A program made the position numbers and the translations under genes. A model generated the notes under the pieces. The model was not told the DNA's origin, searched no databases, and saw nothing but the letters and a program-made list of their open reading frames with translations. From NCBI RefSeq assembly GCF_964204645.1, contig NC_134030.1:17112110-17176109 (forward strand): a stretch of 64,000 nucleotides of DNA. The letters are read 5' to 3'. Of this stretch, positions 35,368-45,379 are shown piece after piece. Each line of letters opens with the position of its first letter. Positions within the stretch are counted from its first letter, which is position 1. This DNA is from Tubulanus polymorphus (lineage: Eukaryota > Animalia > Nemertea).

Positions 35368-36494
35368 ATGGGTGGTAAAAAAACTCCTAATACTAAAGAA
35401 CAATATTTAAGAAATTTATATTACAACCCTGAGAGTTCAGTTGCTTATTCTTCTACTAAAAATATATGGCGTCAAGTAAAACAAGATAAATTAGATAAGA
35501 TAATCCCACAAAATTTAGTTAAATATAAAGATATAAATGAATTTATGTTAGAATAACCAACATATACAACACATAAAAAAATTGTTAGAAAATATATAAC
35601 TCGTAAAACTATGGTAAGTTATGTAGATCAACAGTGGCAAGGAGATTTAATTGATATGAAAAATTTTAAGAAAGATAATGATGATTATTGGTGGTTATTG
35701 AATATAATTGATATTTTTAGTCGTTATGTATGGAGTTTCCCACTTTATAGAAAAGATGCTGTACAAACATCAAATGTTTTAAGAAAATTTCTTTCGGATG
35801 ATAAACTAAAACCAGAAAAAATACAATTTGATGATGGAAAAGAGTTTGATAATTCACTTGTTCATGAACTCTTAGATAATCATAATATTAAATATTTTTC
35901 AACAAAATCAGATAAAAAAGCAGCAGTTGTTGAACGATTTAATAGAACATTAAGAACAAGAATGTGGAAATATTTTACAGCAAATAATACTTTTAAATGG
36001 ATTGATGTTTTACCAAAATTGATAGAAGGATATAATAATTCTTATCATTCTTCTATGGAATGAAACCTATTGATGCTAGAAAACCTGAAAATGCTGAAAT
36101 TGTTTGGAATAATTTATATGGAGCATTTCTTGTAGATGATTTTGGTGAACCTAAATTTAAAGTTGGTCAAAGTGTTAGAATTTCTAAGTATAAAAAGATA
36201 TTTGATAAAGGATACGATCGAAATTTTACTAGAGAAATATATAAAATAAAAAAAGGAATAACAACAAAACCATATGTCTATAAATTAGAAGATTTAGATG
36301 GTGAAGAAGTTGATGGCTACTTTTATGAAGAAGAATTAAGTTTAACTACTGAAAATCTAGAACAAGAATATAAAATTGAAAAAGTATTAAAAACAAAAAC
36401 TATTAAAAGAAAAAAATATTCTTCAGTAAAATGGGTTGGATGGCCAGATAAATTCAATGAATGGATATTATCAAGTAAAATTAAAAAAATATAA
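35368..36494 (+). pseudogene. Retroviral-like (RVE) integrase with C-terminal chromodomain (stop at 35554, frameshift ~36060)
   Basis: LYYNP; WQGDLIDM; IDIFSRY; QFDDGKEF; VERFNRTL; KFKVGQSVRI; YKIEKVLK...VKWVGWPDKFNEWI. Confidence 0.93.
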
Positions 36495-37103
36495 ATGAAT
36501 AAAGAATTATTTATATTTGAGCCTCATAATATGTTAATATCTGGCGTAACAAATTGTGGAAAAACTTATTTTATATTAAATATATTAGAAACTGTTTATG
36601 AAAACTATTTTGATAATATAGTATTATTTTGCCCAACATATGAATTTAATCAAACTTATGATAGAAATATTACTAGAAATAATAAATTTATTATATTAGA
36701 TCCTAAAACAGTAAAAGAAAATTTAGATAATTGTATTAAAATAGCAATTGATATTTATAAAGGATCAAATAAATTATTCATTATAGATGATTGCGCAAAT
36801 TTACATGATTCAAAAGTTAGAGAAAGTGAGTTATGTTATTTAGCTTTCTCTGGGAGACATTTTGGGATAACAACTTGGGTTTTAAATCAAAAATATAATT
36901 CAATTGTTAAAGACTTTAGAGAAAACATTAGATTTCTAGTTTTATTCTACAATAAAGATAGAAAATCGATGAAAAATGCACTTGAGGAAAATGATATTAT
37001 TCCACATGATTTACATAATGAATATATGGATAAGTTGAAAAATATTAAAAGATCAAAATTATTATTTAGATTACAACACCCATTTAAATATGAATTTATT
37101 TAA
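36495..37103 (+). CDS. A32/FtsK-HerA-like DNA packaging ATPase
   Basis: Walker A GVTNCGKT; Walker B FIIDD; SGRHFGI...NQ...REN. Confidence 0.92.
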   Translation: MNKELFIFEPHNMLISGVTNCGKTYFILNILETVYENYFDNIVLFCPTYEFNQTYDRNITRNNKFIILDPKTVKENLDNCIKIAIDIYKGSNKLFIIDDCANLHDSKVRESELCYLAFSGRHFGITTWVLNQKYNSIVKDFRENIRFLVLFYNKDRKSMKNALEENDIIPHDLHNEYMDKLKNIKRSKLLFRLQHPFKYEFI

Positions 37104-37107
37104 ATTC

Positions 37108-37345
37108 AATTAGTTTGTTAATCTAGTTGAATTCTAGTTATTAGTATTTGTAACAAAAATCAAATAGATTTAACAATATTTTAACTAGCTTGTTAATCTA
37201 GTTTAATTCTCATTACATTCTAGTTAAATTCTAGTTGTTAGTAGTTGAAACAAAAATCAACTAGATTTAACTAGAAATAAACAAAAACAACAATATTTCA
37301 ACTAGCTTGTTAATCTAGTTGAATTCTAGTTAAATTCTAGTTGCA
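37108..37345. repeat. CTAG-rich degenerate repeat block
   Basis: Recurrent AACTAGCTTGTTAATCTAGTT, AATTCTAGTT and ACAAAAATCAA. Confidence 0.8.
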
Positions 37346-37376
37346 ACATCACACAATTAATTTTTTTGTTATATAA

Positions 37377-37982
37377 ATGGGAGGTGAAAAGAAAATAAAA
37401 TCTAAAAATGGTTATGTTCCAATTGAAAAAACTTTAGATGATTTAGGAATAACAGAAAACAAATTAATTCCAGATGATGGTGTTTTAAATAATGTTACAA
37501 CAAATAATAATTATGAATATTATCTTTATTGTAAACATCAATTAGAAATATTAATAGCATCTGGAAAATGTAAAAATTTTGTCGGTAAAAATTTAACTCA
37601 TAATGAATTAGATACAATGAAATCAGATGAAATTATTAGATTATTTAAGATTTATGAAGCCGCGAGAACAGCCAGTATTAATGACGCAATATCAGAAAAT
37701 GTAGTAAAAGGTTATAGTAAATTATGTAATTATATACTACCAATTGAAGATGAAAATAGATTATATTCCGATTCAAAAAATGATTATTTAGTTATGACTG
37801 AATTAAATAAATGGATTGGATATTTATCGTTTCAATTAGGTGGATTTATGACATTATTATCAACTGGGGTTATAACATTTTCAAACATTGAAAGTAAAAA
37901 TATTTCTATAATAAATGAGCGAAGTGAAAGAAGTGAAGGAATTAACTGTGAAGAAAAAACCGAGAACTCAGAAACAAATTGA
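37377..37982 (+). CDS. Polinton hypothetical protein
   Basis: 201-aa ORF; T-tract/TAAATG start; hydrophobic segment near the C-terminus. Confidence 0.65.
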   Translation: MGGEKKIKSKNGYVPIEKTLDDLGITENKLIPDDGVLNNVTTNNNYEYYLYCKHQLEILIASGKCKNFVGKNLTHNELDTMKSDEIIRLFKIYEAARTASINDAISENVVKGYSKLCNYILPIEDENRLYSDSKNDYLVMTELNKWIGYLSFQLGGFMTLLSTGVITFSNIESKNISIINERSERSEGINCEEKTENSETN

Positions 37983-38283
37983 ATGGTCTAGGCAATTAGG
38001 AATTAAATCACAAGAATATAAAAAAGCTGTAAAAGAAAAAATAAGTTATAAAAATGTTAATAAAAATGGTGAAAATATTGTTATTTCTACTCCTTCTGAT
38101 AGTAGAATATTTGATAAATATTTATATTTTACAGTTGGATTTGTAATTGTATTCATTTTGATTGGGTGTAATTGGTATAAGAAATCAAATAAAATTCATG
38201 ATATTAGTAATTCTGAACCAACTGCTATCAAAAATGAAAGTACTTCTGAAATTCCAAAATTGATAATAAAAAAAATTGATTAA
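37915..38283 (+). CDS. Basic single-TM protein
   Basis: KKPRTQKQIEW N-terminus; TM YLYFTVGFVIVFILIG; TAAATG start. Confidence 0.65.
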   Translation: MSEVKEVKELTVKKKPRTQKQIEWSRQLGIKSQEYKKAVKEKISYKNVNKNGENIVISTPSDSRIFDKYLYFTVGFVIVFILIGCNWYKKSNKIHDISNSEPTAIKNESTSEIPKLIIKKID

Positions 38284-38751
38284 TATTTTAGAAAAAAAGC
38301 AAAAAAAACAATTTTTTTTAATTAATTGAATATCTCACTACTTTTGTCTATCTATGCGGAGCAATTAAATTGTCCAGATAAGTCATTTCGGATTCTAGAT
38401 ATTCATTATTTTTATTAATTTATTTTGTTTTTACTTGAATATTGTATTACAGTCGTTTCTTATTATTAGTTTTTTCTTAAATTGAAAGATGGCAGCACTG
38501 GGTGTGATGCTAAAATGAATATTTGAATTTGAATTTGTTAATCAATTAACATAGTAATTGATTACTAATTTGATTAAAAATTATATCATAATTAAGTTAA
38601 AAATCCATAATTCATTTATCAGTTTTCATTCTTATATTCTTTTCATTCGGAATAATTTATAATTTCAAATTTCACATATTTTTTAGCACCAGCAACATTT
38701 ACTTAGGTGTTTTAGCTAAGTATATAAGGCAATTCATTCAACCACTGGAGT

Positions 38752-39040
38752 GCCGCCGGGCTTGGCTTGCAGGGGCATTTCGAAAATGCACCTTTGTCCA
38801 CCCTCCGTGGTTCTCCTTCAGTTTCGACTTTCGATCCTCCTTTCGGGGGTAAGGGGTTGATAGGAAATGCATTAGACGCCTTAAATATAATGTGTTTCCT
38901 GTCAACCATTGAAGGAGAATTGGCGAGGCGTGGGTCACAGGGGTGTAAGTAGAAATGCTTGGGGATAGGTATCTCGTGGCGCCTCTCAATAACGGGATGC
39001 TTATCCCCTAAAAACTCTGCGAGTCAAGTCGGGTGGTTTT
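38752..39040 (+). ncRNA. Putative Polinton-encoded structured ncRNA (~290 nt, Pol III type-3-like layout)
   Basis: GC-rich island; nested long helices whose deviations are almost all G-U on the + strand; TATATAA at 38721; TTTT at 39037-39040. Confidence 0.7.
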
Positions 39041-39397
39041 GCTAAAACTTACCGTAAAAACATTGAAATATTCCTTTTAATCACGAGAGAATGATGACTA
39101 TCCTCCTGTCGTCACGGCCGAGCTAATTTAAATAAACATCGCTTTCAGTAACCAATGAAAACGTGGTAGTTCAATGCCGGCTAACTGGCCTGTGTGTGTT
39201 GTATGTACTGCGTGCTTAATATATAACTGCTAGCTATCCAATATAACAACAACGTTGTGCAACACTTGTTTGATTGATCAATATTCAAATGAAGCACTCT
39301 CTTATAATAACATGTAACAGATGTTTGACTGTATGATTGTAGTTGTTTATAAAACGACTAAGGTCATTTTTAGATATTCATTATTTTTATTTTTTAT

Positions 39398-39724
39398 TTA
39401 ATCAACAATTTCCAAATCATGATGACCGTCTTCATTTTTCCCATGATATATTATTTTAAATCCTACTAAATCCTTCAATTCCTCTGTACTCAATGAAACC
39501 CATTTATCGGGTAAAAACACTTTAAATTCTCGCGATGTACTTACATTGCAGTAGCTTAGATTAGCTGATACTTTCTCTCCATATTTAGTTTTTATCTTTT
39601 CTAATTTCAATATCTTATGTTCAATTTCTTTTGTAACATCAACTAACTTTTTTATTTCAAATTGTTTTTTTGTCGGTTTAATTCTGTTATTTATTGTTGC
39701 TAAGAATGCTTTTCTATCCCCCAT
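39398..39724 (-). CDS. Small Polinton accessory protein (KTKYG...VFLP motif)
   Basis: 108-aa ORF starting inside the right TIR at TAAATG. Confidence 0.7.
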   Translation of the reverse strand: MGDRKAFLATINNRIKPTKKQFEIKKLVDVTKEIEHKILKLEKIKTKYGEKVSANLSYCNVSTSREFKVFLPDKWVSLSTEELKDLVGFKIIYHGKNEDGHHDLEIVD

Positions 39725-39809
39725 TTATTAGGAAAAAAAATTACTTGTGGTGATGAGTGGTGTTTAGTACTCTAGTACTCTGATCTGAAACCCACATCTT
39801 CCAATTACT
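39720..39809 (-). repeat. Polinton right TIR
   Basis: Reverse complement of 20786-20875. Confidence 0.95.
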
Positions 39810-40619
39810 GAGGTTTTTGCTTCAGCTTTAGTAATATTTCGTTTTAAAGCAATTTCAGATGTTTCTTTCGTTTTAGTAAACAATGTTTGGATTGAAGGTG
39901 TTTTTGACAGTGCTTTAGTCAAATCCTTGTGTCCTTGTGTTTCTATGTACCTACGACAATCCGACTGCCCGCCATGAGAGCACGATATATTAATATTGCA
40001 CGTCGAACTGTATGCGAAACATTCTCCCTTTACAGACGGTTTTAAACAAGGCCACTTTTCAGAATAGAAGTCGATGAACCGTTTATTCGATTTCTTTGTA
40101 GCGGGCGATGAATCGACGTCATTATCATTACCCGCGCTGGCACGCTAAGGCATATTTATTCCCGCCAACACTGCGAACAGAACAATGGCTACAGCGCAAA
40201 GGAGTGTGGGTGAACTTAGTCTCGGCAATGTTTGCGTTCGAATCCCACACAAAATTTTTATCGTGTGACATAAAAATTAATTTTTACCAATGGTTTTTTT
40301 GTCTACTATAGCAATTTTTTTTTCTCCCTGATTTATCGGGTTATTTAATCACCCGATGCCTCTACATTTGCATAGCGTACGGCTACGCCGCCAACAAGTA
40401 ACAGCGCGCAGCATTGCAACGCTTTATGTACTAGTATATGCCAGCGCTGTAATCAGTGCCGCGCGTAGGAGTGTACTCGAGACTAATACATAGAAGAGGC
40501 GCGCTAATCGATAAAGTCAAACTACTACATCGCTGTAAAAGCCTTTAATGTATTGGCTGTAAAATACAATGATTTTTTTCGCATCGGAATCGTAATTTTC
40601 TTTTAGAGAGCATCGCTCG

Positions 40620-41315
40620 TGTTATGGCTACCAGAAATCACCGATCATAGTATTTTTAGATGATAGTGATGAAAATCGTATTTTTGGTATCCGCCTCCGT
40701 CCGTCTGTCCGCACGAGCTTGTGAACGCGATTCAAGAAGAACCGTTGATCGCTATGATATTACACAGTATGATTACCCCTAGGGAGAGGATGTGCCCTAT
40801 TGATTTTGAAGTCCAAGGACCAAAGGTCAAGGTCACTATAGGTCACTCATGTAAAACCTTGTGAACGTGTTTCAAGAAGAATCGTCGATCGCAGGACCAT
40901 GATATTACGTAGTATGATTTCCCCTAGGGAGAGGATGTGCCCTATTTATTTTGGGGTCCAAGGTCAAGGTCACTACAGGTCATTCATGTGAAAGCTTATG
41001 AACGTCATTCAAGACGAACCGTTGATAGCTGGACCATGATATGATGTAGTATGATTACCCCTGGGGAGAGGATGTGCATTAGTGATTTTGGAGTTCTAGG
41101 GTCAAAGGTCAAGGTTGGTAGACGTCTTTTGCCTAAAACCCTGTAAACTCAATTCTTAAATAACCATTCGTGGCAGGAAAATGATATTTCATAGTACGGT
41201 TATCCCTGGATACACTCATCATTTTTCTATACCAAAGATCAGTGTGATCAGGGGTCATTAATTCCCTACTGGCTACCGCGGGGGACATAGATACGTAGTA
41301 TCAAATTGCCTTGTT
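40620..41315 (+). mobile_element. Non-autonomous Helentron-associated (HINE/pearl-like) element with ~138-bp tandem core; ends approximate
   Basis: GTCCGTCTGTCC microsatellite; 3-4 units containing GAGGATGTGCCCTAT and GGTCAAGGTCA; 3' small hairpin followed by CTTGTT. Confidence 0.6.
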
Positions 41316-44300
41316 CAAAGTCAGGTCGTAGCATCGTAATGAGGCATGAATTACCGTAGAAACTACGGCGATATCGTAGGGGTAGGCAGGTCTGGTAACG
41401 TTTTATAAGGCATCAAAAAATCAAGTCGATTGCGGTGCTATAATCAGTAGTAGGCTGATTAATATGTTGAGTACAGTGAAATATTGAGGTCATAAATTCG
41501 GTCAGAGGCGCTTTATCATTGAGGACATTTTCATTGAAATCACCAAGGATGATAAAAGGTAATTCTGTTTGTAAAACTGTTGCTAGTCCGCCATTGGCTG
41601 TTATAAGCTGCCGAAATACCCATGTTGTTGTTTTAGGTGCTTTATATAGAAATGTGATGGAATAAAAAATGACATTTATGAATGTATATTGTAACTGAGG
41701 TGTACAGTATACCGAATGTATTGAGTATGTTAAGTTGTGGTCGATATATGTAGTAATACCATGATAAGCACTACAACTATCATTCCAATTAGATAAATGA
41801 TCTTCAATTTCATAATGCTGGTTGGATTGGAGTCTGGAGTCTTGATTCAGTAAAACCAATTATATTAGCAGCTTGGAAATTTGGATCTTTAATTATGTCT
41901 TGAAAATGCAAATGCAGCGATTGTGCATTATGGAAGATTCGTTTTAAACTAGTGGCTGGTAACTTTTATACTGGAGTGTATGATCAAGTAATTAATTTTT
42001 CTTTTCTGAGAATGTCCATCTGTGAAATTGTATCAGAAGACACAGCAATTTTAGAAGCATCAAAATCTTTGAGATGGAGTCCAAATAATCTAGTCACACG
42101 ACTCAGAGCAACAAAATGTAAATAAGTCCACTTCCTTTTTGAATTTAAATCCGATAAGGTACTTCCCTGGGCTTAATGAACTGTTCTGGCAGCTGCTTGT
42201 GTTAGAAGGAATTGTATTCTGAAAACTGATATTCCATCTATAGATTGACTATATGAAAACTGGAAAGAACGCTTAGTATCAAATATTGGTGTCCAAGTAT
42301 TGGCTCTACCAGCGGTCCTAAACAAACTATACTTTGCCTGTTGCAATTTGCCAATGTGAGGATCATTGAAAAGAACCCAAACAATACTCGGACGTTGGGT
42401 ATTCTGTAAACGATACTCGATACGTTTTAGAGTACAGGTGACACAATTAGTGAGCCCATCTTCTACAGCTAGATTCACAGTAATAGCATATAGAAGACAG
42501 CTCATTTAATTTCTGAGTGTAAACCAGCAGTCTTATTGTTGTCATTCTCTGACGGCGATGAAAATTCTTTTAAGATACAAGCTTTAGTATCCGAATAAAT
42601 ATTTCTTTGAACGGCATCAATAGCTTGAATGATCACTTTTTGGCTGGTAACCATTTCGAAAGCTTGAGAATTGTGAGCAGCAACATTTCTATTAAGAGCA
42701 CAAAGGTGGGGTAGTTCTCTATATTTTGGCCATTCAAAGGGTTCTATGACTCGAGTTTTGATAAGATTTATATCAGCTAGTGTTTGTTTACCTTCTCTTA
42801 TTCGATTTAGGAGGAAAGCAAATTCTTGGTCATCTTTTTGGCGCATGATGTCTGTAAGTTCATACATGTAGAAATGTTTCTGCCATAAGTTTGTAGCGAG
42901 AGGTCCATACATATCTTTGAGATCATTAAATACCCAGTCATCGAAAACAGTTTGTAACTGAAATAAATCACCAACAACAATTAAGGAAACACCACCAAAA
43001 TCAGATCTGTTTCCTTTGATTTGTTTTAATCTCCTATTAATATTATTAAACATTTTAATACCAACCATCGGGATTTCATCAATAATTACAACTGATAGAT
43101 CTTTATACTTCACAGCGTAAGTATTGAGAACATCTGGCGATAAATCTTTGATTGTTCCATGACTGGCAGGTATAGCAAATGCTTTATGCAATGTAACACC
43201 TCCTATATTAAATGCAGCATTACCTAGGAGCACATAACAAAAGTCTTATGTTATTGAAGTCCTGACCAGCAGCCGAGCAGAGATATCGTTGAAGGGATTG
43301 GTATAAGGCACACAACAACAGATTTACCAACACCAGCACCACCTGTAAGAAATGAATGAACAGGTTCGTTACTAGTTTTTATGGAATGAAACACATGTGT
43401 AAAAAATTCTCGTTGTTTAATGTTTATAAGTCTTAATTTTTCCAACAAAATCTCCTTAGAATACACAGTTTCTTGTTCAATGACAGTGTTTGCATATCTA
43501 CTAGTGCTAATTGATAAATCACGGACAATATCATGTTCTCTTTGATTGAGAGGACGATCAGGATCAAAATACAAGTATTGTGTTTGAACAGTGGATGTAT
43601 CACATTCAGTTTCAGCATTGTCTTGTTGACAGTTTGGTGTTAATTCATCATAAACCTCATCATACAAATCATTGGAATGCAGCATTACTTCATCCGTCAA
43701 ATAAGAAAACTGAGCATATTGTTTAAATTTATTTGTAACTAAACTTTTAACAAGTTTGAACTGATCCACATACGAAGGACCGCTTTTGATAATATCGATA
43801 TCTTCATTACGCCATGGAATATACATCAATTTTTCTCTGTAATAGTCTTCTTTATTGGTTTTTATATTATAATTAACATATCTTATAACTCTGTAATTGG
43901 GCAGTTTTCTCTGGGTTATAGATATACCATTGGCATATTTAATTTTAAGACGTCCTGACCGACTATCAAGATCAGTTTCAGTGTCACTGAAATCTTTGTC
44001 ATTATCTATACATTCTAGATCCTCATCCTGATATAAATTCAAATCACAGTCATTGAGGTTGTTAAGATTTTTGGGAAACGTGATGTTAAGTTGTGAAGCA
44101 TAATCAGCAAGACACCAGTTTTCAAGAACTTTTCCTCGTTTACGGTGTCTCTCTATGACATTACCAAAGCTGATATCTGATGATGTAGGGTCTAGTTTTT
44201 CAAGATCTTGGATAGATTTTAACAAATATGTTCGTTCAGCAGCTGGATATGTATTAATGAAAACGACAGCGCGGGTAGATTTTGTTAAGGGTAACCCAAG

Positions 44301-45379
44301 GGTTAAATATGCAGCCTCCTGAGCACAAATTTGAACACTATTTAAGAATTTGCTACCAATATGCCTAACTTTATTTCGGATATCCATATTTCCCTCTTTA
44401 GCTTCCTTACAAGCTCTCTCCGTAAGAGGACTCATACCTTTCTGGGATTTATTAATGTATGAGACAATATACATTGCAGTTGCATATGGGTCTAACACAA
44501 ACTGCAAGTCATGATTAGCTTGCGAAGCAGATAGAATTTTTTTTGAAACATGGATTCACTCTTATATCACATGGATCTTTAGAAATACTTTTGCCGTTTT
44601 CAATTTACAAGAAATAACCCTAAGGTAAGTTATCAAGGCCAAGTTTAGATAAAAATTCTGAAAATGAGATGTTCAATCCATCCTTATCTTCATTAAGAAG
44701 GTTGGAAACTTTCTGATGCAGTTCATCAAGTCTAGCCATTTCTTCTGGATCCTCAATATAAAATGGTTCTAGAATTGTAGTATGTGACATAGGAGCCAAT
44801 GGGAAACCAAATCGGCAAACAGGTTCATTGTACTTTTTACATATCTTTGAGTGTTTATGCCTTTGTAGATTCACAAATTATTCATTGGATTCAGAAACAT
44901 TACTACTACATGTGTAACGGATCTCGTACCCGTTATAATGTATATAGTTTACCATTGTGAACCATTGTCCGAGTAAGCTCGTTATTCTTTTGTTCGGGAT
45001 GAATTGCCCTTTATAGCTATCGTCGGAGCGTAAATCATCCTTAAAGGTGGTATAAGAGATTTAGAAGACAGGATCGTTACACTGGTGGCAGCGTTAATGG
45101 GATTGGAGAGCCTTACGGCCGTATTATTGAGTTGAATCGCTACCCTTTGTTTTTCGAGAAGCGTGCGTGTGAGTAGTCTGTCTGACCTACTTCCTTACGA
45201 CTGCGGTATCGCGGATACTCTTCAGTAGTTGAACCGTTTTTATACGCTTGCTTTAATATAGCGGGAATAATTTCAGACACTAACTACAGTTTTGCACATA
45301 GGTTGATAGGTTCATAAAATAACTTTTGGAATTTTATTTTAAAATCAGTTTTTGTTCGGTATATTCAATATATTCACGA

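Larger units (their letters stand above)
20786..39809 (+). mobile_element. Polinton/Maverick (endogenous polintovirus), pPolB group 2 type, full-length but decaying
   Basis: 90-bp TIRs with AGT...ACT termini; 6-bp TSD GATGTT/GAGGTT (1 mismatch); pPolB, RVE integrase, packaging ATPase, major and minor capsid genes; flanks rejoin in frame as a hAT exon. Confidence 0.97.
13593..40153 (-). pseudogene. hAT-A transposase, multi-exon, interrupted by the Polinton and by hAT-B
   Basis: Exon 1 = 40153-39810 + 20785-20712, in frame across the Polinton (...KAEAK|TSELIAELNLP; BED-like SHGGQSD); ~19280-19052 (STDGSND); ~18945-18574 (GLDNT, CVLH, TRWLS); 18448-17226 (PHSRAHCERMFS); C-terminus resumes at 13649-13593 (TDSYLDELKHAYSHSLKN*). 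Confidence 0.85.
13248..41394 (-). mobile_element. hAT DNA transposon A (6-bp TSD, hAT6-like), host of several nested insertions
   Basis: TIR CAGACCTGCCTACCC at 13248 and its reverse complement ending at 41394; TSD GTAACG at 13242-13247 and 41395-41400; transposase exons inside. Confidence 0.9.

Noticed and set aside
38712-38989. Short ORFs over the GC-rich island
   Set aside because: No TAAATG start, composition unlike Polinton genes, three overlapping frames; better explained by RNA structure.
38752-39040. 7SL, 7SK, RNase P/MRP, telomerase RNA or group I intron identity for the structured RNA
   Set aside because: Size is similar but I could not find SRP helix 8, RNase P P4, 7SK GAUC pairing, a telomeric template or P7 motifs by eye; needs cmscan.
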